The notes below the pieces were generated by a model. It searched no databases and was not told the origin of the DNA. It worked only from the letters and a program-made list of their open reading frames with translations. The position numbers and the translations under genes are program-made. This document shows, piece by piece, positions 12,697 through 25,300 of a DNA stretch of 64,000 bases. Each line of letters begins with the position of its first letter. The first letter of the stretch is position 1. Source of the DNA: Octopus vulgaris (taxonomy: Eukaryota); the NCBI GenBank assembly GCA_951406725.2, contig OX597816.1, positions 154,876,001 to 154,940,000 of the forward strand. Direction: 5' to 3'.

Positions 12697-12897
12697 GGCG
12701 GGCTGGTAGAATAGTTAGCACGCCGGGCGAAATGCTTAGCAGTATTTCACCCGTCGTTACGTTCTGATTTCAAATTCTGCCGAGATCGACTTTGCCTTTT
12801 ATCCTTTCGGGGTCGATTAAATAAATACTAGTTAAGCTCTTTGTCTGTCCTTGTTTGTCCCGTCTATGTTTAGCCCCCTGTGGGCAATAAAGAAATA
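12697..12897 (+). mobile_element. Dominant tRNA-derived SINE with Tx1-like tail
   Basis: Head GGCGGGCTGGTAGAATAGTTAGC, central CCTTTCGGGGTCGAT, tail TTTGTCC..TAGCCCCCTGTGGGCAATAAAGAAATA. Confidence 0.9.
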
Positions 12898-13129
12898 CAT
12901 ATGAAATAAATAATACCAAAATTGTCCAGCTTCTGATTTAAGATATAAATCTCTCAGAAATATGGACTTTATAGCATTGAAATGTATTCTCCAGTGTTTT
13001 CACCTCTCATATGTATTATAACACCCACTGATATACTTTGGAGAATTGGAATCCGCTAATGTGCTTTTTGAGCTTAGATTATAAAACTATCAACATACTA
13101 CACACACATAGAGGGATACGCACACACGC

Positions 13130-13800
<671 letters not shown>

Positions 13801-14142
13801 CTGTCTCCCCCCTCTCTCTCTATATATATTAAAAATTTGGGATTTTACCACTAGGACAACAACCTCAATTTCAGGACAAGCTGGAGTACGCAGAGAGCGA
13901 GAAGAAGGAGGAAATCGATGTTGTCTCTATTGCAGCTAAGAATATACTGCACTTCCAAGAAAAATATGAAGCTTACTGGGGTCATAGCTTGTAAAGGATT
14001 GTGGTTAATTTTTAATTTATTTGTCTTTTGTCAACTACTAATTCTAAGACTAGAGGACTGTTTGGAATGAAGGGCTAGAGTGAGTTGATAGCTCATGGCT
14101 AGGTATGGTCATAAATATTGTCAAGATATTAGCAGTAGTAAA

Positions 14143-14655
14143 TCTATATATATAAAACTGTTGTTGTGTGAGTGTATGTCCCCTTCGATTTAGATTCCTA
14201 ACTACTCCCACATTTTGCGGTGCAGTTTAACCAAATTCGGGTATCTTATAGTCGTGATTCATATCGAGCCAGTCTGGGTATTAGCGCGCGTCTACGATGA
14301 GTCTACGATTTTAAAAATAATTTAACATCATCTTTTATTCCATTTTAATGCATAATTTTTCGTGTGTCGATGGCAGCGGAGTTGGCGTCCATGGTCACAC
14401 TTGCACCCGTTTGCTTCTCCCCCTTCTTCCCTCCCTCGTGAAGCTGTGGGGAAGGGAGTGTAAGGAAATCAACGTCGTAAAGCGTTGTCAAGGAGACCAG
14501 TGTTCTTTTAGAACAACGACTTCATGGCTTGAAGACACCAAAACAGAAATGGCTAAGAAAGCCCGAATTGGCATCTATAAGGGAAGTAACTCTCTAAAAA
14601 TGCTTATATAGTTATTTCCCTTACAAACCCGAGCAACGCCGGGCGATACTGCTAG
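14143..14655 (+). mobile_element. Complete non-autonomous Helitron (~513 bp)
   Basis: 5' TCTATATATATAAAA, 3' hairpin CCCGAGCAACGCCGGG followed by CTAG, inserted between A and T, no TSD. Confidence 0.85.
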
Positions 14656-14884
14656 TTGTGTATAAAGTAACTGTCTATAAAGTAGGCTGGGTAGGGGAAG
14701 ACTCTAAATCATAATGTTTATTACCAGTTAAAGATGTAAGACACTAATAAAACCTATGATGTCACTACAGAGGAAATTTTATCATGGGGTATTATGGGTG
14801 ATTGTTTATAAACAATATCGTTATGTTGTATAAAGATAAAATTTAAAATTAACAAAAAATGATATCATAACCAAAATAAGCAAA

Positions 14885-14986
<102 letters not shown>

Positions 14987-15394
14987 TCTATATATAAAAC
15001 TGAAATGCGTTTTTACCGCTTGGATCGCTTCCAATGCCACTACGTCCCGTCCGATTCGCTCCAAAATTTACAGGGACATGTAGAATGAGGTGACGATGCT
15101 CGTGGGCTACCTTACAAAACCCTATCTTAAAAGGTGTGGTTGCTAGGGGCCATCTTCCTCACTCACGCTATTTCCACCTTTCCCTCTCTTACTCCCCTTC
15201 ATTTATAATTTTGAGAGATCCACTACCGTTATTTAAAGTATCTGTCATTCTCGCTATTTCCTTTCTTTTTCACTGACTCTGTTTCCTACCTTCCTATCAC
15301 TTCGGCGGCGTTCTTTTAAGTATATGTCTGTCACCAACAACACACGAGCATGAGAACAAATATTATGAATCAGATATTCTTGCGTTCATTTATA

Positions 15395-15715
15395 TGTGTG
15401 TGTGTGTTCTATATATAAATATGTATATATAATGTATGTGTGTGTGTGTTCTATATATAAATATGTATATATAATGTATGTGTGTGTGTATGTGTTCTAT
15501 ATATAAATATGTATATATAATGTATGTGTGTGTGTATGTGTTCTATATATAAATATGTATATATAATGTATGTGTGTGTGTATTCTATATATATAAATAT
15601 GTATATATAATGTATGTGTGTGTGTGTGTGTGTTCTATATATAAATATGTATATATAATGTATGTGTGTGTGTGTGTTCTATATATAAATATGTATATAT
15701 AATGTATATATACAA
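15395..15715. repeat. Minisatellite, ~7 copies of a 42-50 bp unit
   Basis: Unit TTCTATATATAAATATGTATATATAATGTA(TG)n. Confidence 0.9.
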
Positions 15716-16860
15716 AGTGTATATATCTGTATTTATGTATATTAAACTTTTTCATACTTTTTCATAGTTATATATATTTTTAAACAAATTATAAATATAA
15801 TTTAATAATTTTTATTTTCAATTTAAATAATTAAAATTTTTCAATTTTATATTTTATATATTTTATATATTATATATTTTTTTTAATGTTTTTGTTTTTG
15901 GTTTTTCACTGTTTGATTTGCCTATTAGTGGTTTTATCTCTAATTTAATTTATACAGATATATATCTCATTTGTATACATTTGTATATATAATGCGTGCA
16001 CACACACACACACACACATATATATACACACACATATATATATATAATGTGTGCATTACGTAGTCGGTCGATTCAGCTGAAAATAAGCACACCTATGTTA
16101 AAAATGCTGGCAAGTTTGCATGACAACTATTTTTTTCCTCAAATGAAAGGCGTCACCTCTAGGACAAAATTCCTCATCTTATAAAATGTGGCCCCAGTAC
16201 ACCCGAATGAAATCGGGTTATATTAACCAAAATGTGAAAAGGGGTCTAAATGGGGCTGGAAGGAGATTAAAATTTAAAGGAGCGGGTGTTTAGGAATTCT
16301 CTGTTACATCAAGCTAAAAAATTTGCGCCAGCCTTTTAATCGTCAATGTGTTGCCGTCCATGATAAAGAAGTTTTGAATGCTTGCCATGGTGAGTCTACT
16401 GTCGTGAGAAAGAATCACTTCAAAACTTGGTGTTTACGAATTTTCTTTTACATCAAGTTCAAAATTTTACGCCAGCCGTTGAACTGTCACTAAGTTGCTG
16501 TCCGTCGTTAACAAATGCCAGCCATGGTGACTCTACTATCCTCAGATTCTATCCCTTCAAACTTTGGTTTCCAATATTTTATTATTTTTATTCAGCTCGC
16601 AAGTTCGTCTGTCCCTTTTAAATGTTAGCGTTTTGCTGTCTGCCTTGAAGCAGACCTTTCCATTTCCACTGTCTCATATTTCTGATTGATCTTTCTAAAT
16701 ATTTTATTTCTCAACTTACTCAAGATTTTTTGTTGTTTATAAATGGGAGAGAGATAGATAAAGATAGAGCGTAAGAGAAAGCGAGGGAGAGTCCGAGAGA
16801 AAAGAAAAGTAAGAGAGTGGGAAAGTGAGAGAGAAAGGAGAGAGAAACAAATATGGAGAA

Positions 16861-17142
16861 TCATCATCATCATCATCGTTTAACGTCCGTTTTCCGTGCT
16901 AGCACGGGTTGGACAGTGTGACCGGGGTCTCGGAAGCCAGGAGGCTGCACCAGGTTCCAGTCTGATCTGGCAGTGTTTCTACAGGTGGATGACCTTCCTA
17001 ACGCCAACCACTCTGTGAGTGTAGTGGGTGCTTTTTTCGTGCCGCGGCAACGATCGGTTGGTGCTTTTTACGTGCCACCGGCACAGAAGCAAGTCAAGGC
17101 GGCGCTGCAATCGGCCACGTTCGGATGGTGATATTTACGTGC
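16861..17142 (-). mobile_element. SINE/LINE 3' portion with (GAT)n tail
   Basis: Reverse complement GGTTGGCGTTAGGAAGGTCATCCACCTGTAGAAAC..CCAACCCGTGCTAGCACGGAAAACGGACGTTAAAC(GAT)n. Confidence 0.6.
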
Positions 17143-17209
17143 TGAAAGGAAGCAACAGAAAGTAACAACCACACTCTTACCCGCGCGTAGAGCGGGTCAC
17201 CTTCAGCTA

Positions 17210-17245
<36 letters not shown>

Positions 17246-17400
17246 ATTTTCGACATTAAAAAGGTAAGATTGCATAGAATCAGTTTAATATTCATTCATG
17301 TACGTAATTAATTACTTATTATGTGGTTTTTATAAAGACTGTTCAGGGCATTTACTTATGGAATACAGGAAAGATAAACATGATGCTGTCTATATATTAA

Positions 17401-17600
17401 TTAGAAGGATTGAACGAAAGAGAGGAAGGAGTCTAGATGTTCACGGGAGAGTGAGGTGGCACCGATAATGTCGTCAATGTAACGACCGTATAGTTCGGGA
17501 ATGGGGCCAGTGAAACTAGAGAATATTTGGGCCTCAACATAGCCAACGAACAGGTTCGCATAGTTGGTGCCCATTCGCGTTCCCATGGCCACTCCCGAGT
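17401..17600 (-). mobile_element. Penelope-like RT core fragment
   Basis: AMGTRMGTNYANLFVG..YGRYIDDI (PLE RT motifs). Confidence 0.85.
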
Positions 17601-17689
17601 CTGTATATGTATATGTGTTAGTTATAAGCCTGGAATAAAAAAAATATAAAGATATATGCAGTTACACACACATACTTATCTATGTGCAC

Positions 17690-17960
17690 ACATGCACAAA
17701 TATTTATATATTTATATGGAAATAGTATAACCATCTCGCATAGACTTAAGTAACTAAAATGTATCTACTTACGAAGAAGAAAGATAACAACTAATAAGGG
17801 ATAAGAGGTTAATAGGTTATGCACAAATACACATATATACACATATACAAATATTTATACGTTTATATGGATATAGTATAACCATCTCGGCTAGACCTAG
17901 TAGCTGAAAGATCTCTAAGAACAGTAACAATTTTAAGGGATAAGAGGTTAATAGGTAAGG
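17690..17960. repeat. Diverged tandem duplication (~150-bp unit)
   Basis: CAAATATTTATA..ATAGTATAACCATCTCG..AAGGGATAAGAGGTTAATAGGT occurs twice. Confidence 0.75.
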
Positions 17961-18039
17961 ATATCAAAGTAATAAAGCAAAATAGGAAGTATTTATAGAA
18001 AATGATAAGAAATATATATAACTTACATTTAAAGAGACA

Positions 18040-18760
18040 GGGTATTAAAATTTGAGGTAGGGAAGAGATAAAGGTAACCCTAAAAGAGGAGGTAGTATGT
18101 ATGGGTGTAGTGAGGGTAGTTGAAGGTAGTATCCATCAACTATAGTATCATTCAAACTCATCTCAGCATCAACAGGCGTTGTGTCAGTAATCTCTGTGCT
18201 AGTATAAACCTCGGAGTTACAGTCTATATTGTATATATTAGGTGTCTTAGTACTGCTGTTTCTAATTCCTACATCACCATTAATATTATTCTCATTGTGG
18301 GGGTTTAAGCTAGTGTTGACAGTAATATTATTATTAACACCTCTTGCCGGTTTTATATTCTGTCTATTTAACTTAGGTATGATGGTACCCATATTGGGGA
18401 GGGTTAACTACGAGATTCTAAATGTCTTACGGGAAAAAATCCTGTTATATCTATGGGAAGCAGTGAAGTTTTTTTCTAAAATTGCCATAAATTTCTTATA
18501 TATGCTTGTGGATATAACACAGATGAAGGGAACGTTATACCAGATCAAATCCTTATTTTTAGACCTCTTATGTATGTAAGGGCGGAATCTAGCTGCTCTT
18601 TCAACGCCTCCTAAAATCGTGACTTGATTATTAGGTATGGCCATATTTTCAGTATTATTCTTATAATTAGAGGGCGGCATAATCTGCCCAGTCGCCTCAC
18701 TACCTTTATTATGTAAACTAATATTCCTACTGGCTATAGCATCTAATTTCCTATTGTTGC
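18040..18760 (-). mobile_element. Penelope-like fragment (Naiad-type post-RT region)
   Basis: KDLIWYNVPF..STSIYKKFMAILEKNFTASHRYNRIFSRKTFRIS resembles the IIWFNPPF..LHKIFNRNT block of PLEs. Confidence 0.7.
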
Positions 18761-19314
18761 TTATTTTTTTTATTTAGATTGATGGGTTTATTGGATGCTT
18801 TTCTAGTAGGTTTGTTTTCCCGACCAAGTAAGCCTGTATTCTCCCTCTCACTTAAAATCTAATTATTTCTACTATTAGTAGGTGTTATAATTTCAGTCAA
18901 GACAGGAGATGAAAGATGGAAAGGTTGGTCATTCCCCAAAAATTCTGTATAAGTACTTAAATATGATTCCTTCTGTATATATGGTTCTATACAACCATGA
19001 CTTTTGATGTACTTAAAAGAATTATAAGTTTATTTTACTACCTATTTTGAACACTTTCATGTAAACATTTTAAATAAAAAGCCCCTCTTAACATTTTTTT
19101 GTCATTGTCGAAGATTCTATTTTTTAACGTTTTCTTATCATTATCACAGACTGTATAACTGTATTTTAATACAATTGTAATACTATTTTTTAATACAGCA
19201 AAGCTTATACAAAGCTTTACATTTTACTTTTGATAACCTTTTTTTTTAAAAAGTGAAACCGGTCAAGTCAATAAATATCTTTAAAAAACCTCTGCATTTT
19301 CAAACCTTCGTCCC

Positions 19315-19390
<76 letters not shown>

Positions 19391-19394
19391 TATA

Positions 19395-19610
19395 TATTGA
19401 TAGAAATGGTAAGACAACAAAAGAATGAAAGGGACCTTAATATTATCTAAATTGAGGAATTTATCTGTAAATGTAATACGTGACAATTATTCGGTAGCCA
19501 TGATAAAACTCCGAGTTTCGGATGTCGGGGTGGAAATCCCCGCCGCCATCTCTTCAGTTATCCGGCCATCGCAAAAAATGCTATGAAAATGACCGTAAAC
19601 AAAGGGAAAT
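19395..19610 (-). mobile_element. PLE pLTR-like unit with hammerhead
   Basis: Homologous to 5960-6070, ends in (TA)n, contains an intact hammerhead core. Confidence 0.7.
19502..19562 (-). ncRNA. Type-I hammerhead ribozyme motif, intact core, GUU triplet
   Basis: Reverse complement: GATAA-CTGAAGA-GATG gcggCGGGGatttccaCCCCGa CATCc-GAAA-CTCGGAG-TT-TTATC. Confidence 0.8.
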
Positions 19611-19645
19611 AACTGTGTGATTGACCTTTATTATGACAAAAGAGC

Positions 19646-19697
<52 letters not shown>

Positions 19698-20197
19698 CGT
19701 GCCCGTATGTGTGCGCACGTGCATATTGCGCACGTGCATATTATTGTGTTTTCTTGTGCGCTAATGCATACAAAGATTAAGATAGGAAGGATGGCTCCTA
19801 TAATCTTGCTACTACCAAAAGCAATAAACAAACGTCTAGAGCAACACAAATAAGGCACACACAGCTCAAACTACAACTAATGGACAATCTTCAAAAACAT
19901 ATATACATACATATATGCATACATTTATTCGTTCATACACACATATATACACGCAACCACGTATACAAGCAATTGTGGTTTCGTGTTTCAGTTAATTAGA
20001 GTGCAATTGACATGTATTTGTATTAATGTATGTACATATATACATGTATGTGCCCATATGCTTTCAAAAAAAGCATATGGGCACATAAACATAACATTAA
20101 CAATCAACAGAAACCATAATAGTAACTATATATATATATGTATATATATATATGTGTGTGTGTTAGTGAAAATCCTCCAATATTTAACGTGAGTTTT

Positions 20198-20276
<79 letters not shown>

Positions 20277-20334
20277 CAACAACAATAATAATAACAATAA
20301 TAATATCAATTCCTTCGTTGATACGGTGTATACC

Positions 20335-20508
20335 TTCAGTGCTGATATCAGACTGAGAAAGTGTGGTGTTTTAGTCTTGAAGAGAGGCAAAATCAACTGT
20401 ATGGCCGGGCTAACGATACGGTCGGAGGAGGTTATGAAGCAGATAGAAGAGACGGGCAATAAATACTTGGGGATATTTGAAATGGATAAATTGATGGAGA
20501 AAGAAACT
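20335..20508 (+). mobile_element. R4/Dong non-LTR RT fragment following (TAA)n
   Basis: DIRLRKCGVLVLKRGK..EVMKQIEETGNKYLGIFEMD. Confidence 0.7.
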
Positions 20509-20510
20509 AC

Positions 20511-21668
20511 AGTACGATGGACCATATATTTACTCTAACACAACTGCTTGAGCGAGCGAATGAGCACAAGCTGCCTCTTCGCGTTGCGTTTGTAGATTAT
20601 GAGAATGCCTTCGACAGCGTCGAACCCAACGTAGTACTGAACTCGCTGTGGAGGCAAGGAGTCGAGGCGCAATATGTGCAACTGCTCAGGGAGGCAAATT
20701 CCGGATGCACCACCGACATAGCTCTGCTGTCATCACCCGTACGTGTGCCGGTCGAGAGGGGAGTGAAACAAGGAGATGCGATCTCTCCAAAACTTTTCAC
20801 CGCATGTCTCGAGCAGATCATCAGAGGCATCGACTGACAAGGCGGTGTCAACATCAATGGCGAGCTACTCACCCACCTCCGTTTCGCTGATGACATTGTA
20901 ATTATTGCTGAAACCACGGATCAGCTTCAGACCATGCTGACGGAGCTCGACATCAAAAACTCTGCAGTAGGTCTCAAATGAACCGCATGAAAGCGAAGTT
21001 CATGCGGTCCGACAACGTACCAGCTGGTCGAATGGTGGTCGGCAGTGATGAAATAGAGGGGGTAAAGGAATATTTCTACCTGGGACAGGAAGTGAATATA
21101 TGCCGAGATATCGAAAAGGAGATCTCGCGGAGAGTAAGGGCCGGATGGAAGGCGTTTAATGGCGTAAGGGATGTGCTCAAGAGAAGGTTGGACAGGACCA
21201 CCCGCGCCAACCTAATCACTAGAACATTTCTACCAGCAATGTTATAAGCTAGTGAAACATGGGCTACAACAAAGAGAGAAGTGCAGAGACTGTTAACGGC
21301 TCAAAGAGCCATGGAAAGGTCAATGCTTGGAATCTCGTTGAGAGAGCACATAAGCAGCGAGGTCATCAGAGAGAAGTCCGGCGTGTGGGATGTCATCGTA
21401 GAATATACACGCAGCAAGTTTAGATGGGCTGAACACGTCACCCGGCTCACCGATAATCGGTGAACCCGCGCAGTTGTGGAGTGGTACGAGCGCGAGCGGA
21501 AATGATCACTCGGAAGGCCTCCACGACGGTGGAGTTACAATTTTAGGGGGGCGATTGGGATCACATGGATAAGGAAGGTGCGATCCAGAGAGTTTTGGAC
21601 AGCGCGCTGTGACCAACGGTGTCAAATGGACGCACGATGGACTGGTCAGTCAAGGTGATCAAGGTGAT
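20511..21668 (+). mobile_element. RTE-clade LINE, 5'-truncated RT with stop codons
   Basis: DHIFTL..AFVDYENAFDSVE, RGVKQGDAISPKLF, HLRFADDIV, QRAMERSMLGISL, WAEHVTR; (CAAGGTGAT)2 tail. Confidence 0.92.
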
Positions 21669-24210
21669 ATATATATCATACCTGTCTTAATCCAAAGGCA
21701 ACTCACGTTTGCGACTTTTGTCTTTCTTCGTTATTTTGGGTTGCATTGCGTTCTCTGCGAGAAATTTGGTTAACATTCTTCAGAAAATGATAGGGTTGTT
21801 TCAACAAAAATCCAGGCCAATTTAATCCATTTGAGAAAATATACAATCGCGTAATTGTAAACCTTACGATTTAAACTAATATTAAAATGGGATTGCGTAT
21901 GTTGATCGTCATTTATAGAATGTACGTAAAATGAAACGATAAAAGTTAAAATAAACTAAATAAATGAAAAGACTTCATACTTGAATTACTGCCAATGAAA
22001 ACGCAAAAATGCACACGGTATGTACATCGTCAACATTATACTGCAATAGTCTACTGAAAAAGAAAATAAACGACAATAACGCATCATCTGCATATATCAA
22101 CGGGAGAGAGAATAGTTCTAATCGCAAAGTACCTTTATATTTAGAATAAAAATGTTTCTAAATCTATCTTACAACTTTTCATAAGAACAAATACTCCAAA
22201 AATCCAACACGTATTACAGAAATAGAACTGTGTACACAAATATATAATATACAGTAAAAATACAATCTACCAGCAAACAAACAACCAAACTGTAAACCTT
22301 AAAATTAAAAGTATAGAGCATGTAAACAAAAAGGCTTGGAACTTTACAATCAAGCTAAATAAATAAGAATACACAAATCACAAAATAGTGACTAAAAGAC
22401 ACCGAATCAGAACAGCATATGTTAAAAAGAAAAGAATAAAATTATGTTTGAGAAAGATTGAAGAATAGAAAAGTTCTATAGATAGAAGCTTTTAGGATAT
22501 GACAATAATCTGAATGTGAAAATATTTGCAGAAATAAAGACTCAACAAATTTCTCTATGCCACAACAAAACGTCTTAAGGATAACATGACAGCAGCTATA
22601 AGAATCCCAAATCTTGCCTTTGTAGACTTAACGTAAACCGATTCAAACAATGATATCTCCAGGATAAACCAAATAATATATGCAACAACCATGGTACTTA
22701 TGAAGCAGAGTACATATTCTTTCGGATCTACTCATATAGCGATATCGAGCTCCAACTTAGGTGGAACATCCACAACAGAAAAAATGTAGGAAATTAAAGA
22801 AAAGCATAATCTTTAATAAGTTCAAATACAAAAATACACAAAAACAAAAAAAAGAAAAGAAAGAAAATAACTAGAGACAACCTCTATAGGGATATAACAT
22901 AAAAAAATGTTGCCAAAGTGAAAATTATCTTTTCAAAAGAGAAATCCATGCTAAGTCTTAAGGGATCATTATGAAAAGCAACAATGGTTCTTTGAACAGG
23001 AAAAATATTCTAATGCAGCTCAAAATGAATCTTACCAAGACTTAGGTAAAGATAAGATAGAAATCAATGCAGCATCAACAGCAAGAGAAAAGAGTTCTCA
23101 AGGAGTTGGCGTTTGGAGAGCGAAGGAAATGCCATAAGTAGGAATATTCAAGCAAGTACAGAGCCTGAACAATCATCGAACGCCATGTGAAAACGAGTAG
23201 GAAGAGAAGTGGTTGAGATACTACAAAAATGAAAAACTGAAAAGTTTTTGGCTGCTAAATTTCTAACATCACAGTGGCAACACAGTAATACACGTCTTTT
23301 AAATGGAAAAGTTTGTTCTCTGAAGATGAAATCCAACAGCGAAAAGCATGTTCACGTCCTATTCTACCGGAACATGTTAAGAATGAATATCGCATCATAG
23401 TTTCGACTCTCTCTAATTTGAATACTGATAATAATCTTATATGAGTTGGTAGCTGATCGAATAACTGTTCGCATTTATGTCAGAAATAACGTAAGACCCT
23501 CACACACACACATACATGATAAGTGGAAATTATGCCATAAGTATGAAATACATACAGAAAATAGGTGGTTCTGACATATCGAGAAATGGTGTCAGATAAC
23601 GATGACGGGTCTATTTTGTAGGGCATGTTAATTCATACAGACATGGACATTAAGAAATAGCGGGTAAATATTATTGTCAAAAAGCACCATGTAAATGTAT
23701 CTCCAAATGGATTTATCTCTTTCAACAGTTAACAACTTATTTTTTAAAGAAACAGTGAAACAATTGAAATATACTTTGGAATCGTAATAGTTTGGCAAAT
23801 GGCTTAAAATAACACAATGTGTTGAAATTGAAGCAGTTACATCTCGATAATGGCACAAACTCATTAAAATCATTATATCGAATCATAAAGATATGTATAT
23901 AAAGATAAGCAGAGGTGCAGATTGTGAAATGAATCACTCCTTATAAATATAGGTGCTGTAGAAATGATTAAAAAGGTGTACAGAAATACATAACCTAAGT
24001 CCAAAAAGTTACACGTACGCAACTTGCAGTTCTACTAAGTATTGCTTACACATACGCTACATATGTTGAATACAATGTGGATATGTAAAAACAAACCCAA
24101 ACTGCATGTACCAAAGGCATACAGAAAACTTGGTTGTATAGCGAAAACACAACAAAAATAATACTACAAAAACAATAATAATAAAAAATAATATTAATTA
24201 TAACAGTGAA

Positions 24211-24812
24211 GTGACGAGCTGGCAGAATCGTTAGCACGCCGGGCGAAATGCATAGCGGTATTTCGTCTGCCGCTACGTTCTGAGTTCAAATTCCGTCGAG
24301 GTCGACTTTGCCTTTCATCCTTTCGGGGTCGATTAAATAAGTACCAGTTACGCACTGGGGTCAATATAACCGACTTAATCCGTTTGTCTGTCCTTGTTTG
24401 TCCTCTCTGTGTTTGACCCCTTGTGGGTAGTAAAGAAATATAAATAGGTATTTCGTCTGCCGTTACGTTCTGAGTTCAAATTCCGCCGAGATCGACTTTG
24501 CCTTTCATCCTTTCGGGGTCGATAAATTAAATACCAGTTACGCGCTGGGGTCGATATAACCGACTTAATCCGTTTGTCTGTCCTTGTTTGTTCTCTCTGT
24601 GTTTGGCCCCTTGTAGGTAGTAAAGAAATAGGCATTTCATCCGTTTTTACGTTCTAAATTCATTTTGAATTCAAAATTCCTCGAGGTCGATTATGCCTTT
24701 CATCCTTTCGAGGTCGACAAAGTAAGTACCTGTTTAGCACTGGGGTTGATGTAATCGACTTACCCCCACCCTGAAATTGCTGGTATTGTGCGAAAATTTG
24801 AAACCAATATTA
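24211..24812 (+). mobile_element. Tandem trimer of the dominant SINE
   Basis: Units at ~24211-24440, 24447-24630 and 24631-24812; units 2 and 3 lack the box A head. Confidence 0.9.
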
Positions 24813-24929
24813 ATAATAAACAGTTATTTTAGTAATTATGAAGAAAATGTGGATAACAAAGATACTGGCACATTGAATTTTGTTAACCACCTCATAATTG
24901 TTTCTTTATCTAAGTTTTATATGTTAGTT

Positions 24930-25300
24930 TCAAATTTTGGTACAAATCCAGTAACTTCTGGGGCGGGAGTAAGTCGATTACATCGACCCCAGTACTCAAC
25001 TGGTACTTACTTAATCAACCTCGAAAGGATGAAAGGCAAAGTCAACTCGGCGGATTTTGAACTCAGTAATGACAGACGAAATGTCGCGAAACATTTTACC
25101 CAGCATGCTAAAGATGCTTTTCTACTCTTGGCACAAGGCCTGAAATTTTGGGGAAGAGGGCTAGTCGATTAGATTGACCCCAGTATGCAACTGGCACTTA
25201 ATTTATCGACCCTGAAAGGATGAAGGGCAAAATCGACCTTGGGGGAATTTGAACTCAGAACGTAAAGACAGACAAAATGCCACTAAACAGCGTGCAAACG
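24930..25300 (-). mobile_element. Two copies of the dominant SINE
   Basis: Reverse-complement central domain GAAAGGATGAA(A/G)GGCAAA(G/A)TC at ~25023 and ~25214. Confidence 0.85.

Noticed and set aside
15395-15715. CRISPR-like repeat/spacer array
   Set aside because: The spacers are just variable (TG)n, the context is eukaryotic, and there are no cas genes.
23148-23336. Kinase-like RNLAAKN motif
   Set aside because: No other kinase motifs; the opposite strand fits a decayed R4/Dong ORF.
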